DNA of 64,000 bases from positions 57,892-121,891 of the forward strand of contig DASWYC010000002.1 of the NCBI GenBank assembly GCA_036405175.1. The letters run 5' to 3'. The stretch comes from Minisyncoccota bacterium (GTDB taxonomy: Bacteria; Patescibacteriota; Minisyncoccia; Phycocordibacterales; UBA1006). The position numbers were made by a program, and so were the translations under genes. Shown piece by piece: positions 56,846 through 64,000 of this stretch (within the stretch, counting starts at the first letter, position 1; each line of letters starts with the position of its first letter). Under the pieces are notes generated by a model, which was not told the DNA's origin, made no database searches, and saw only the letters and a list, made by a program, of their open reading frames with translations.

Positions 56846-57469
56846 TTAAAGTTTCTCAATAATTTTTTTGAGTCCTTTAATAGAATGCGCTATATATTTA
56901 TGCGGTGAATTTTTGAGACGCTTCACACCATGAAGTCCCCACGTTACAACAATAATTTTTTCAACACCGAATTCATAAGCTTCAAGCGCATCGCCACGAG
57001 TGTCGGTAACAAAAATTAATTCGCTTGGCTGTATTCCAAATTGTTCACAAATCATTCTAAACTTTTCAACCTTTGACGCATGAGTTTCTTTGCCGCCAAT
57101 AAATGAAAAACCTGAACTGATGCCGTGATGATTAAGACAAGCAATCACGGGTTCTTCATAACAGGACGTATTGAGTGTGATTGTGTTATCTTTAGAAATA
57201 TTATGAATGAATTCGGCTGCTCCTGCAAACAGCTTTACGGTTTTAATAGCCTTCAGATAGTTTTGAAAACGTGTTTGAAATTCTTCAGGAGATACCGGAA
57301 TTTCTTGATGGCCAGTAGACCCTATATGTTTCCAGTAGTTACCATCATGAACTTTCTGAAAATCTCTGAACGTCATAGTAGGTGAACAGGCTTTTCTGTA
57401 CGGCCAGTGAAGGTGATACGAATCAGCCAAAACGCCATCCCAATCAAAACAGATAACCTTTCTTTTCAT
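56846..57469 (-). CDS. HAD-superfamily hydrolase
   Basis: Motif I FDWDGVL (DxD) at the N-terminus; HAD fold length. Confidence 0.7.
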   Translation of the reverse strand: MKRKVICFDWDGVLADSYHLHWPYRKACSPTMTFRDFQKVHDGNYWKHIGSTGHQEIPVSPEEFQTRFQNYLKAIKTVKLFAGAAEFIHNISKDNTITLNTSCYEEPVIACLNHHGISSGFSFIGGKETHASKVEKFRMICEQFGIQPSELIFVTDTRGDALEAYEFGVEKIIVVTWGLHGVKRLKNSPHKYIAHSIKGLKKIIEKL

Positions 57470-57523
57470 TATCTAAAGCGTAACACAAAAAATATAACCG
57501 AACGAATCGGTTATATTTTCTTG

Positions 57524-57595
57524 AGGCGTGAGCGGGAATCGAACCCGCGCATATCGGTTTTGCAGACCGCTGCGTTTCCACTTCGCCATCACGCC
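57524..57595 (-). tRNA. tRNA-Cys (GCA)
   Basis: Hand-folded. Acceptor GGCGTGA/TCACGCC, anticodon loop CTGCAAA, T-arm GCGGGTTCGATTCCCGC. A terminator hairpin (57490..57520) lies downstream on the minus strand. Confidence 0.8.
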
Positions 57596-57619
57596 GTTAA
57601 ACTAGTGACCTAGTTTTTG

Positions 57620-57701
57620 TGCCCAGGAAAGGACTTGAACCTTCATACCTCGCGGTGCTTGCTCCTAAGGCAAGTGCGTCTACCAATTTCGCCACCTGGG
57701 C
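57620..57701 (-). tRNA. tRNA-Leu (TAG), class II with long variable arm
   Basis: Hand-folded. Acceptor GCCCAGG/CCTGGGC, anticodon loop CTTAGGA, 13-nt variable arm. Confidence 0.8.
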
Positions 57702-57818
57702 ATATTTGTGGCTTGCTTCTTCGAGATAATTCTCAAAATCGCATGGTAATACTGTACCATATTGCAGGATTTTTTCACCTTTTTAGCGTTCGACACAATT
57801 AAGACTTTGTAAAGATTA

Positions 57819-57847
57819 TTGACTTTCTGCTTAAAAAACAGTAAATT
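57819..57847 (+). promoter_or_regulatory. sigma70-like promoter: TTGACT, 17-nt spacer, TAAATT. The -10 ends 8 nt before the ATG, giving a probable leaderless mRNA.
   Basis: Hexamers and spacing seen directly. Confidence 0.45.
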
Positions 57848-57855
57848 CATGAAGT

Positions 57856-58362
57856 ATGAAACAACTTGATCCAAAGGCAGTCTGGTTTTTCTTTATTAAT
57901 TCTATTTTGCGCGCAATAATTCCAGCAATTATTGTAGCTAGTTGGGTGCTAGAGCTTTTATCTGGTTCTGTTGAAAATGGTGAAACTTCACTAAAGGTTT
58001 TTAATTGGCTTTGGCTGATTGTTCCAGTATTTTTTGCTTTGTGCTATGGTTGGGCAAAACTTACATATCGTTTCTATCGTTATGAACTTCTCGATTCAGG
58101 ATTTCGTAAAGAATCAGGGGTAATCTACAAAAAATACGTTACGATTCCATATGATCGAATTCAAAACGTTGATATTAACCGAGGAATTTTAGCTCGCATT
58201 CTTGGACTTTCTGATCTTAATATTCAAACCGCTGGAATGGGGGCAGCAACTATTGGCGGCGGTGCAGAGGGGCGGCTTCCTGCAGTTTCTAAGGAAGACG
58301 GTGAAAAGCTTCGAGATGAATTGATTCAGCGAACTCGCCAGTCTAAAAATCAGGGACTCTAA
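57856..58362 (+). CDS. membrane protein with bacterial PH domain (bPH_2/YdbS-like, PF03703-like)
   Basis: Two TM helices then VTIPYDRIQNVDINRGILARILGLSDLNIQTAG, typical of bPH_2. Confidence 0.6.
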   Translation: MKQLDPKAVWFFFINSILRAIIPAIIVASWVLELLSGSVENGETSLKVFNWLWLIVPVFFALCYGWAKLTYRFYRYELLDSGFRKESGVIYKKYVTIPYDRIQNVDINRGILARILGLSDLNIQTAGMGAATIGGGAEGRLPAVSKEDGEKLRDELIQRTRQSKNQGL

Positions 58363-58465
58363 GGTTTTAAGAAAGAAATTTGAAGCATGGAATATGAGTC
58401 CGGCAAACCAGCCGGGCTTTTATTCTATTCCAATTTTCAGAAAATATAGTATTATAGTCATATTC

Positions 58466-58538
58466 GCGCTAATAGCTCAGTCGGTAGAGCAGCTGCCTCT
58501 TAAGCAGACGGTCGAAGGTTCGAGCCCTTCTTGGCGCA
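58466..58538 (+). tRNA. tRNA-Lys (CTT)
   Basis: Hand-folded. GCGCTAATAGCTCAGTCGGTAGAGC..., anticodon loop CTCTTAA, T-arm GAAGGTTCGAGCCCTTC. Confidence 0.85.
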
Positions 58539-58560
58539 CATAATATAATAGATAGTACAA

Positions 58561-58594
58561 CAAACCCCACCTGTAATAAGGTGGGGTTTGTTGT
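58561..58594 (+). terminator. rho-independent terminator (CAAACCCCACC / GGTGGGGTTTG + T-rich)
   Basis: Perfect 11-bp stem after the tRNA-Lys. Confidence 0.7.
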
Positions 58595-58786
58595 GGAAAT
58601 TGACAGATATAAGATCACGATGTAATATTTTCTTAATCGCTATTTCCTACACAATTTAAAGATTCTACTTAATTTGTTTAAATACTTCTTATAAGTATTT
58701 AGTAAATAGGTTAGAGCACGAAAAATCGGAATCCTTGCCACTATTACTTAGAGGCAGGGATTTTCATTTTAATTTATAATTATCCT

Positions 58787-59374
58787 ATGACTCAAAAAGT
58801 ATTCGTTGGTATTGATGAGGTTGGTCGCGGACCGATTGCCGGATCGGTGGTGATCTGCGCATATGTTGTTGCAACTAGCATGTATCAAGAATTTTGCCGC
58901 ACGGCGCAGGGAATCAATGATTCAAAAAAACTTTCATCAAAAAAGCGGCAAGCGTGGATTGAGAAAACTAAAAATAGTGGATTCTCTATTCTTAAAGAAA
59001 AGTCAGCCGCAGAAATAGACGAATATGGAATTTCATATTGTCTCACAAAAAATATTGAAGAAGCGCTCCAAGAAATTGAACTACAAGGATATGAAATTGA
59101 AAAAGTATTTTTGGACGGCTCGCTGAAAGCGCCAGAAAAGTATTCTCAAGAAACAATTATTAAAGGGGACGAGTCACAGCCGCTTATCTCCATGGCTTCA
59201 ATTGTTGCAAAAGAATATCGGGATGATTATATGAAAAAGCTTGGCGCTCAATTTCCAGAATATGGATTTGAACAACATATGGGCTATGGAACCAAGCACC
59301 ACTACTCAAAAATCCTTGAAAATGGGGTTATTTCTACAATCCACCGCCTCAGCTTCCTTGCAAAGCTCCTCTAG
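58787..59374 (+). CDS. rnhB: ribonuclease HII
   Basis: N-terminal GIDEVGRGPIAGSVV catalytic motif. Confidence 0.9.
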   Translation: MTQKVFVGIDEVGRGPIAGSVVICAYVVATSMYQEFCRTAQGINDSKKLSSKKRQAWIEKTKNSGFSILKEKSAAEIDEYGISYCLTKNIEEALQEIELQGYEIEKVFLDGSLKAPEKYSQETIIKGDESQPLISMASIVAKEYRDDYMKKLGAQFPEYGFEQHMGYGTKHHYSKILENGVISTIHRLSFLAKLL

Positions 59375-59421
59375 TATCCCAAGTTGCAAAAAATACCAAT
59401 ATATTGTAGAATATTCACACT

Positions 59422-59613
59422 ATGGTAAACCGAATGCGTCATACAAAAAGCCATACCGCAAACCGTCGTTCTCACCACGCTCTTAAGGAGGTTCATCAGT
59501 CTAACTGTGCTAACTGTGGCGCTATCAAAAAAGCTCACAACGCATGTCCAACCTGTGGAATGTATCGTGGAAGAATGGTATTAAAATCACGTGCTGCGGT
59601 TGTGGTACAATAA
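59422..59613 (+). CDS. rpmF: 50S ribosomal protein L32
   Basis: Basic N-terminus RRSHHAL and a CxxC...CxxC zinc ribbon (CANCG...CPTCG). Confidence 0.8.
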   Translation: MVNRMRHTKSHTANRRSHHALKEVHQSNCANCGAIKKAHNACPTCGMYRGRMVLKSRAAVVVQ

Positions 59614-59670
59614 TATTACCCTAACAGGTGATATTATTTTGTTTTTTACTAAATCTTTTTAGCTATTTGT

Positions 59671-60597
59671 ATGTCCCAACGTCATCTTGCTCGTTCTCTC
59701 GTTATGCAAGGGCTCTACGCCCGAGATTTTGCCTTGGATCAAGGTGAAGAAGAGTGTTTTAATACACTCATGTACACTGTTAATGAATATGCTAAAGGGA
59801 TGGATAATCCGGAATTCGTATACGATCTTTATCGTAATATCATCAGAAAAATTGCCGTACTTGATGAAGTAATTCAAAAAGCTGCGCCGCAATATCCTAT
59901 TCAAACTATTTCAGGAGTTGACCGCAATGTGATGCGCATTGGGCTTTATGAGCTTTTGTTTGGTGACTATGATCAAGTGCCACCAAAGGTTGCAATCACT
60001 GAAGCTATTGTGCTTGCAAAAACATTCGGTGGAGAAAATTCAAATAAATTTGTGAACGGAGTACTTGGAACAATTTATCGTGAACTTGGTGAGCCACAGA
60101 AAGATCACAAGCCTGAAGAAAAGAAAGATGTGGTTGATGATGCAGATTTGCCGGTGCTTAAAAAAGCTGGAGGATTTATTTACACCGTTGAAGATGGCAT
60201 GATTTATGTTGTGCTTGTTCATGATATCTTTGGATTCTGGACGTTTTCAAAAGGTGGACAAAAAGAAGGTGAGGATCTTCGCCAAGCAGCAGCTCGTGCG
60301 CTTCAAGAAGAGCTTGGTATCACTGTAACTCCTCAGGAAGAAATTGGAATGCATAAATATACTGCTCACTCGCCAACAGAAGGAAAGGTTATTAAGGAAG
60401 TTACGTACTATTTATGTCAGGCACCAGAGCGCTCAGATTTGGTAATTGGAGACATGGATGGTGGAATCATTGACGCACGTTGGTTTTCGTTGGATGAAAT
60501 TACCGATTTGCGTATGTACAGCGATGTGGTAAAAATAGTAGGAACCGCACTGGAAATCATTGCTGAAAAGCATCAAGATTTAGTAAAGGCGCGCTAA
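59671..60597 (+). CDS. nusB: NusB-NUDIX fusion: antitermination factor NusB N-terminal domain (about 145 aa) fused to a NUDIX hydrolase domain
   Basis: NusB-like N-terminus LARSLVMQGLYARDF...ITEAIVLAKTFGGENSNKFVNGVLG. C-terminal Nudix box GGQKEGEDLRQAAARALQEELGI. Confidence 0.8.
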   Translation: MSQRHLARSLVMQGLYARDFALDQGEEECFNTLMYTVNEYAKGMDNPEFVYDLYRNIIRKIAVLDEVIQKAAPQYPIQTISGVDRNVMRIGLYELLFGDYDQVPPKVAITEAIVLAKTFGGENSNKFVNGVLGTIYRELGEPQKDHKPEEKKDVVDDADLPVLKKAGGFIYTVEDGMIYVVLVHDIFGFWTFSKGGQKEGEDLRQAAARALQEELGITVTPQEEIGMHKYTAHSPTEGKVIKEVTYYLCQAPERSDLVIGDMDGGIIDARWFSLDEITDLRMYSDVVKIVGTALEIIAEKHQDLVKAR

Positions 60598-60612
60598 ATA
60601 TATATCTCTCTT

Positions 60613-61302
60613 ATGATCAATACGACCGCACTCGAGAAAATTATCGGAACAAAGATTAAGGATCAAGATCTCTATACTCAGGCATTTACGCACCGTTCGT
60701 TTATTAATGAACATCCTCATTTGGGGCTTTCGCATAATGAACGTCTTGAGTTTTTAGGTGATGCTGTTTTGGAATTAGTGGCAACTCATGCGCTCTTTTT
60801 ACAATATCCAAAACATCCAGAAGGGCAATTAACGGCCTTTAGAAGTGCGATTGTTCGCACGGAATCTATTTCAGAAAGTGCTCGTGAAATTGGTTTAAAT
60901 GATTTTCTTCTCCTTTCAAAAGGTGAATCACGTGATACAGGGAAGGCTCGTGACTATATTTTGGCAAATACCTATGAGGCGTTGATTGGTGCAATTTACT
61001 TGGATGCCGGCTATGAAGCTGCATCTGCGTTTATTAAAAACACTTTGCTTCATAAAGTTGAAGGGGTAGTAGAAGGAGGATTATGGCGCGATCCAAAATC
61101 ATACACGCAAGAGAAAGCGCAGGAGCAATTTAATGTGACACCAATGTATAAAAGTCTTAAAGACGAAGGGCCTGATCACGATAAAATATTTACCGTTGGA
61201 GTATTCTTTGGTGAGAAAGAGGTTGCGCGTGGGGTAGGAAAGTCTAAACAAGATGCCGAGCAGGCTGCGGCACGCAAAGCGATTGAGATGTTTAATTGGT
61301 AA
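60613..61302 (+). CDS. rnc: ribonuclease III
   Basis: Signature ERLEFLGDAVLELV and a C-terminal dsRBD. Confidence 0.9.
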   Translation: MINTTALEKIIGTKIKDQDLYTQAFTHRSFINEHPHLGLSHNERLEFLGDAVLELVATHALFLQYPKHPEGQLTAFRSAIVRTESISESAREIGLNDFLLLSKGESRDTGKARDYILANTYEALIGAIYLDAGYEAASAFIKNTLLHKVEGVVEGGLWRDPKSYTQEKAQEQFNVTPMYKSLKDEGPDHDKIFTVGVFFGEKEVARGVGKSKQDAEQAAARKAIEMFNW

Positions 61303-61370
61303 TATTGACTAATGTTAATATATATGTTATAAGACATGTATATTTGTTTAACCTCAAAATACTAAAATAA

Positions 61371-61886
61371 ATGAAACATAGAATACTTAAGCTTCGAGTT
61401 GTCGTCCCAGGGAATATAAACCTGAATACTCTTATTCCAAATACAATGATGAAGTTGGAGAAAAAACAAAAGAAGAAGGGTGTTTATGCATATGGTAGCT
61501 CACTCCTCAGTAAGCCTGCAGTGCCAAAGGGTTTATTTCCAGGCAAAACCTACAAGGTGATTATCATTTCTCGAGAAAGTGTTGCCGTAAATGAAGACTC
61601 AAGTAAGCTGTATTATCAGGGTCAAGAATACCTCTGGTTCGGGGCTCATGGGTTCTGTATTCTGGCGAGTTTTTTATCAAAAAAGATGAAATCTAAAATC
61701 GGAGAACAGGAAAGATTAATATCTTTTGGAGAAAAGATGCCATATGAAACTTTTGATGAAACAAAAGTGGATAACAGGTTGGCTGCAATGTATGTTACGA
61801 CTTCTCGTAATATTTTCCAATTTGTTATACCTGAGTGCGGAAGTAATCAAAGAAGGGACATGCTGGTTGCTTTTAGGCCTATTTAA
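61371..61886 (+). CDS. hypothetical protein
   Basis: 171-aa ORF between rnc and smc, followed by a long hairpin (61890..61928). Confidence 0.3.
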   Translation: MKHRILKLRVVVPGNINLNTLIPNTMMKLEKKQKKKGVYAYGSSLLSKPAVPKGLFPGKTYKVIIISRESVAVNEDSSKLYYQGQEYLWFGAHGFCILASFLSKKMKSKIGEQERLISFGEKMPYETFDETKVDNRLAAMYVTTSRNIFQFVIPECGSNQRRDMLVAFRPI

Positions 61887-61956
61887 ATAGAAGGATCACC
61901 TACATAACTATGTAAGGTGATCCTTTTTGCTTAACTCGTGATACAATAACAACAAC

Positions 61957-64000
61957 ATGACCGCGCTCAAACGCCTTGAAATGGAGGGTTTTAAATCATT
62001 TGGAAAGAAAGTTATCCTCCAATTTAACACACCTATTACGGGTGTTGTTGGGCCTAATGGGTCAGGAAAATCAAATATTGTGGAGGCATTCCGCTTTGTG
62101 TTTGGAGAACAATCAATGAAATCAATGCGTAGCGATGCGGGAGCAGATTTGCTTTTTCAAGGTGCAGGTACCAAAGCTACAGAGGCTTACGTATCAATTA
62201 TTTTTGAAAATGTTTCAATTAAAAACAAAGCACTCCTTTCAGATATTAGTGCGCTGTTGGAAGGTGATGAGTTGGAAATCAAACGTACTATTACATTGGA
62301 TAAAGGTTCACAGTATTTTATTAACGGAACAAATGTGCGTCTTAAAGATGTGACGGCATTGGCTGCTGCACTTTCTTTGGGAATTGGAAGTCATCATATC
62401 ATTTCACAAGGTGAGGCGGATAGGATTATGTCTGCAACGGCACGTGAGCGTAAGCTCATGATTGAGGATTCTCTTGGGTTGCGCATCTATCACATTAAAA
62501 TCAAAGAGACTGAGAAAAAGTTGGATCAGGCACTGATGAATGTGCGTGAGTTGGCAGCAAAAAAACAATCAATCATTCCAATCTTTAATGATCTTAAAAA
62601 ACAAGTTGAAAAGATTGAGTTGGCACAATCACTCAGAACAGAATTACAAACGGCGGCATCAGTGTATTTTTCATTATTAGAAAAAAGTTTGTCCGAGGAG
62701 AGCAAAAAGAACTCAGAAGAGTATGGTGTGATTTTGCAGGAGCTTGCAAAAGTTGAACAGGAAAAATCAATCAAAGAAGAATCACTTATTGCAAAAAAAA
62801 GCAGCATGACCAAGCGGGTTACGAATGTTGAACTTGAAGAATCAATTGAACAACGCCGTAATGATATACGGAATTGTGAACGTGATAGTGATGCGCTTAC
62901 CATGAAAATTGATTTTGCTATGAGAGAGGCAGAAAAGCTTGTAAAAAAAATGACCCATCAAAATCATATTCACTACACAATTTCTCATGAAGAATATGAA
63001 GTATTTCAGTCTGTTCTTAAGCACATTGAACAGGCCTCAACACTTGAGCAGATAAAAACTATTTTAAATAGTGCGGATTTTGAAACATGTAAAAAAGTTT
63101 TTAGCTCGCAGCAGGATAGAGTTGCAAAGCAGGATTTTGAAATTGATATCCAGAATTATCGTGATGAGGCAACGCAGTTGGAAGAACAAAGAAATGCATT
63201 AACAGAAAAGTTGCGTGGACTTCAGGCGGCATATCAGGATTTGATTAATCAAAAAAAGCAGGATGAGCAAGCCTTTGTTGAAAGTTTTTCTCAGATTGCA
63301 GATGATGAACGTGCGGTGATGCAGTTACAGCAGCGCGTAATGGAGCTCATGCAGCGCAAAAATATGTTGGATATGGCGCGTAGTAACGTGGCACATAAGC
63401 AGGAAGAAATGAATACCTTTAAAGAGTATATTGGTGCATATGTTGATCTTGCTCAGGAGATAAACAATGACGATGCTCAAAAGTTTACCGGTAAAGAACT
63501 GGGTGCACTTAAGCAGCAGTGTGAACGTTTGTGCTACAAAATTGAAGATATGGGAGGTGGAGGTGGCGGAGATGTGATGCATCTGTTTGAAGAAACTCAA
63601 AAAGAACTTGATGTTATTGCAGGACATAGTGATGATACAAGTCGTGCCGTTGATGAACTTCAAAAGATAATTGCTGACTTGCAGGAATCACTCAAACAAG
63701 AATTTGAAGAAGGACTAGAAGCGGTAAATAATTCGTTCAAGCATAATTTTGTAACCCTCTTTTCTGGTGGTGATGCACGTATTGTGATATTGAAGAGTGA
63801 GGATGAGGACGGCGTGTCTGAGGGAATTGATATTGACGTTGCGTTGCCTAAGAAAAACATTACCTCACTCGCAATGCTTTCAGGAGGAGAGCGTGCGCTT
63901 ACCTCGATTGCGCTATTGTTTGCACTCTGTTCGTTGACTCCGCCACCATTCTTAGTGCTCGATGAAACCGACGCTGCACTTGACGAAGCAAACTCAGCAC
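61957..64000 (+). CDS. smc: SMC-family chromosome partition ATPase with short coiled-coil and no recognisable hinge (3' end beyond window)
   Basis: N-terminus LEMEGFKSFGKK...GPNGSGKSNIVEAFRFVFGEQSMKSMRS. C-terminal head ...LSGGERALTSIALLFAL...FLVLDETDAALD only about 640 aa later. Open to window end in frame. Not in the ORF track because no stop falls inside the window. Confidence 0.8.
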   Translation, partial: MTALKRLEMEGFKSFGKKVILQFNTPITGVVGPNGSGKSNIVEAFRFVFGEQSMKSMRSDAGADLLFQGAGTKATEAYVSIIFENVSIKNKALLSDISALLEGDELEIKRTITLDKGSQYFINGTNVRLKDVTALAAALSLGIGSHHIISQGEADRIMSATARERKLMIEDSLGLRIYHIKIKETEKKLDQALMNVRELAAKKQSIIPIFNDLKKQVEKIELAQSLRTELQTAASVYFSLLEKSLSEESKKNSEEYGVILQELAKVEQEKSIKEESLIAKKSSMTKRVTNVELEESIEQRRNDIRNCERDSDALTMKIDFAMREAEKLVKKMTHQNHIHYTISHEEYEVFQSVLKHIEQASTLEQIKTILNSADFETCKKVFSSQQDRVAKQDFEIDIQNYRDEATQLEEQRNALTEKLRGLQAAYQDLINQKKQDEQAFVESFSQIADDERAVMQLQQRVMELMQRKNMLDMARSNVAHKQEEMNTFKEYIGAYVDLAQEINNDDAQKFTGKELGALKQQCERLCYKIEDMGGGGGGDVMHLFEETQKELDVIAGHSDDTSRAVDELQKIIADLQESLKQEFEEGLEAVNNSFKHNFVTLFSGGDARIVILKSEDEDGVSEGIDIDVALPKKNITSLAMLSGGERALTSIALLFALCSLTPPPFLVLDETDAALDEANSA

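Noticed and set aside
62135-63860. Several small ORFs on both strands inside the smc region (62135..62353+, 62526..62903-, 62842..63024-, 63325..63663-, 63660..63860-)
   Set aside because: They are out-of-frame or antisense to a continuous SMC reading frame with clear homology. They are artefacts of the AT-rich coiled-coil coding sequence.
1-64000. CRISPR arrays, transposases, integrases and phage genes
   Set aside because: No run of regularly spaced direct repeats was seen. The duplicated module at 13925..14700 has only two copies with non-identical repeats and ORFs. No DDE/tyrosine recombinase or phage structural motifs were noted in any ORF.

Overview
AT-rich window, about 37-40% GC by eye, with short intergenic spacers and mostly housekeeping genes. 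Gene content (split N/C-terminal transketolase next to rpiB and an rpe-like gene, archaeal/eukaryal-type alpha2 GlyRS, eukaryote-like IleS, many small hypothetical membrane proteins, little Shine-Dalgarno signal) is consistent with a reduced-genome, Patescibacteria/CPR-like bacterium. This is inference from gene content only. Recognisable genes: dgkA, M3 peptidase, dacB, a MacAB-like ABC exporter, ECF sigma, secE-nusG-rplK, argS, ileS, glyQS, M16 peptidase, gatCA, rpsF-ssb-rpsR, efp, recA, ftsK, htpX, rplJL, gap, rpiB, split tkt, rnhB, rpmF, nusB, rnc and smc. Five tRNAs are present: initiator fMet, a second CAT tRNA, Cys-GCA, Leu-TAG and Lys-CTT. I saw no rRNA, CRISPR array, transposase or integrase. 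Most notable observations: (1) ileS carries an in-frame insertion of about 190 aa that has all hallmarks of a histidine-phosphatase (PGAM-like) domain. (2) An ECF sigma/anti-sigma/MacAB-type exporter operon lies next to two tandem paralogous small-ORF cassettes, each with a conserved 17-bp upstream motif, a conserved leader and its own terminator. (3) nusB is fused to a NUDIX hydrolase domain. (4) Two tandem paralogous 4-TM proteins end in an HPxCMGC motif. (5) A 130-bp nested near-perfect hairpin lies upstream of ftsK. (6) Two secreted T/S-rich proteins, one with an N-terminal peptidoglycan-binding domain, have highly expressed codon usage, a long 5' leader and identical UUCG-loop terminators. 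(7) smc has short arms and no evident hinge. (8) rplA is absent between rplK and the displaced rplJL.
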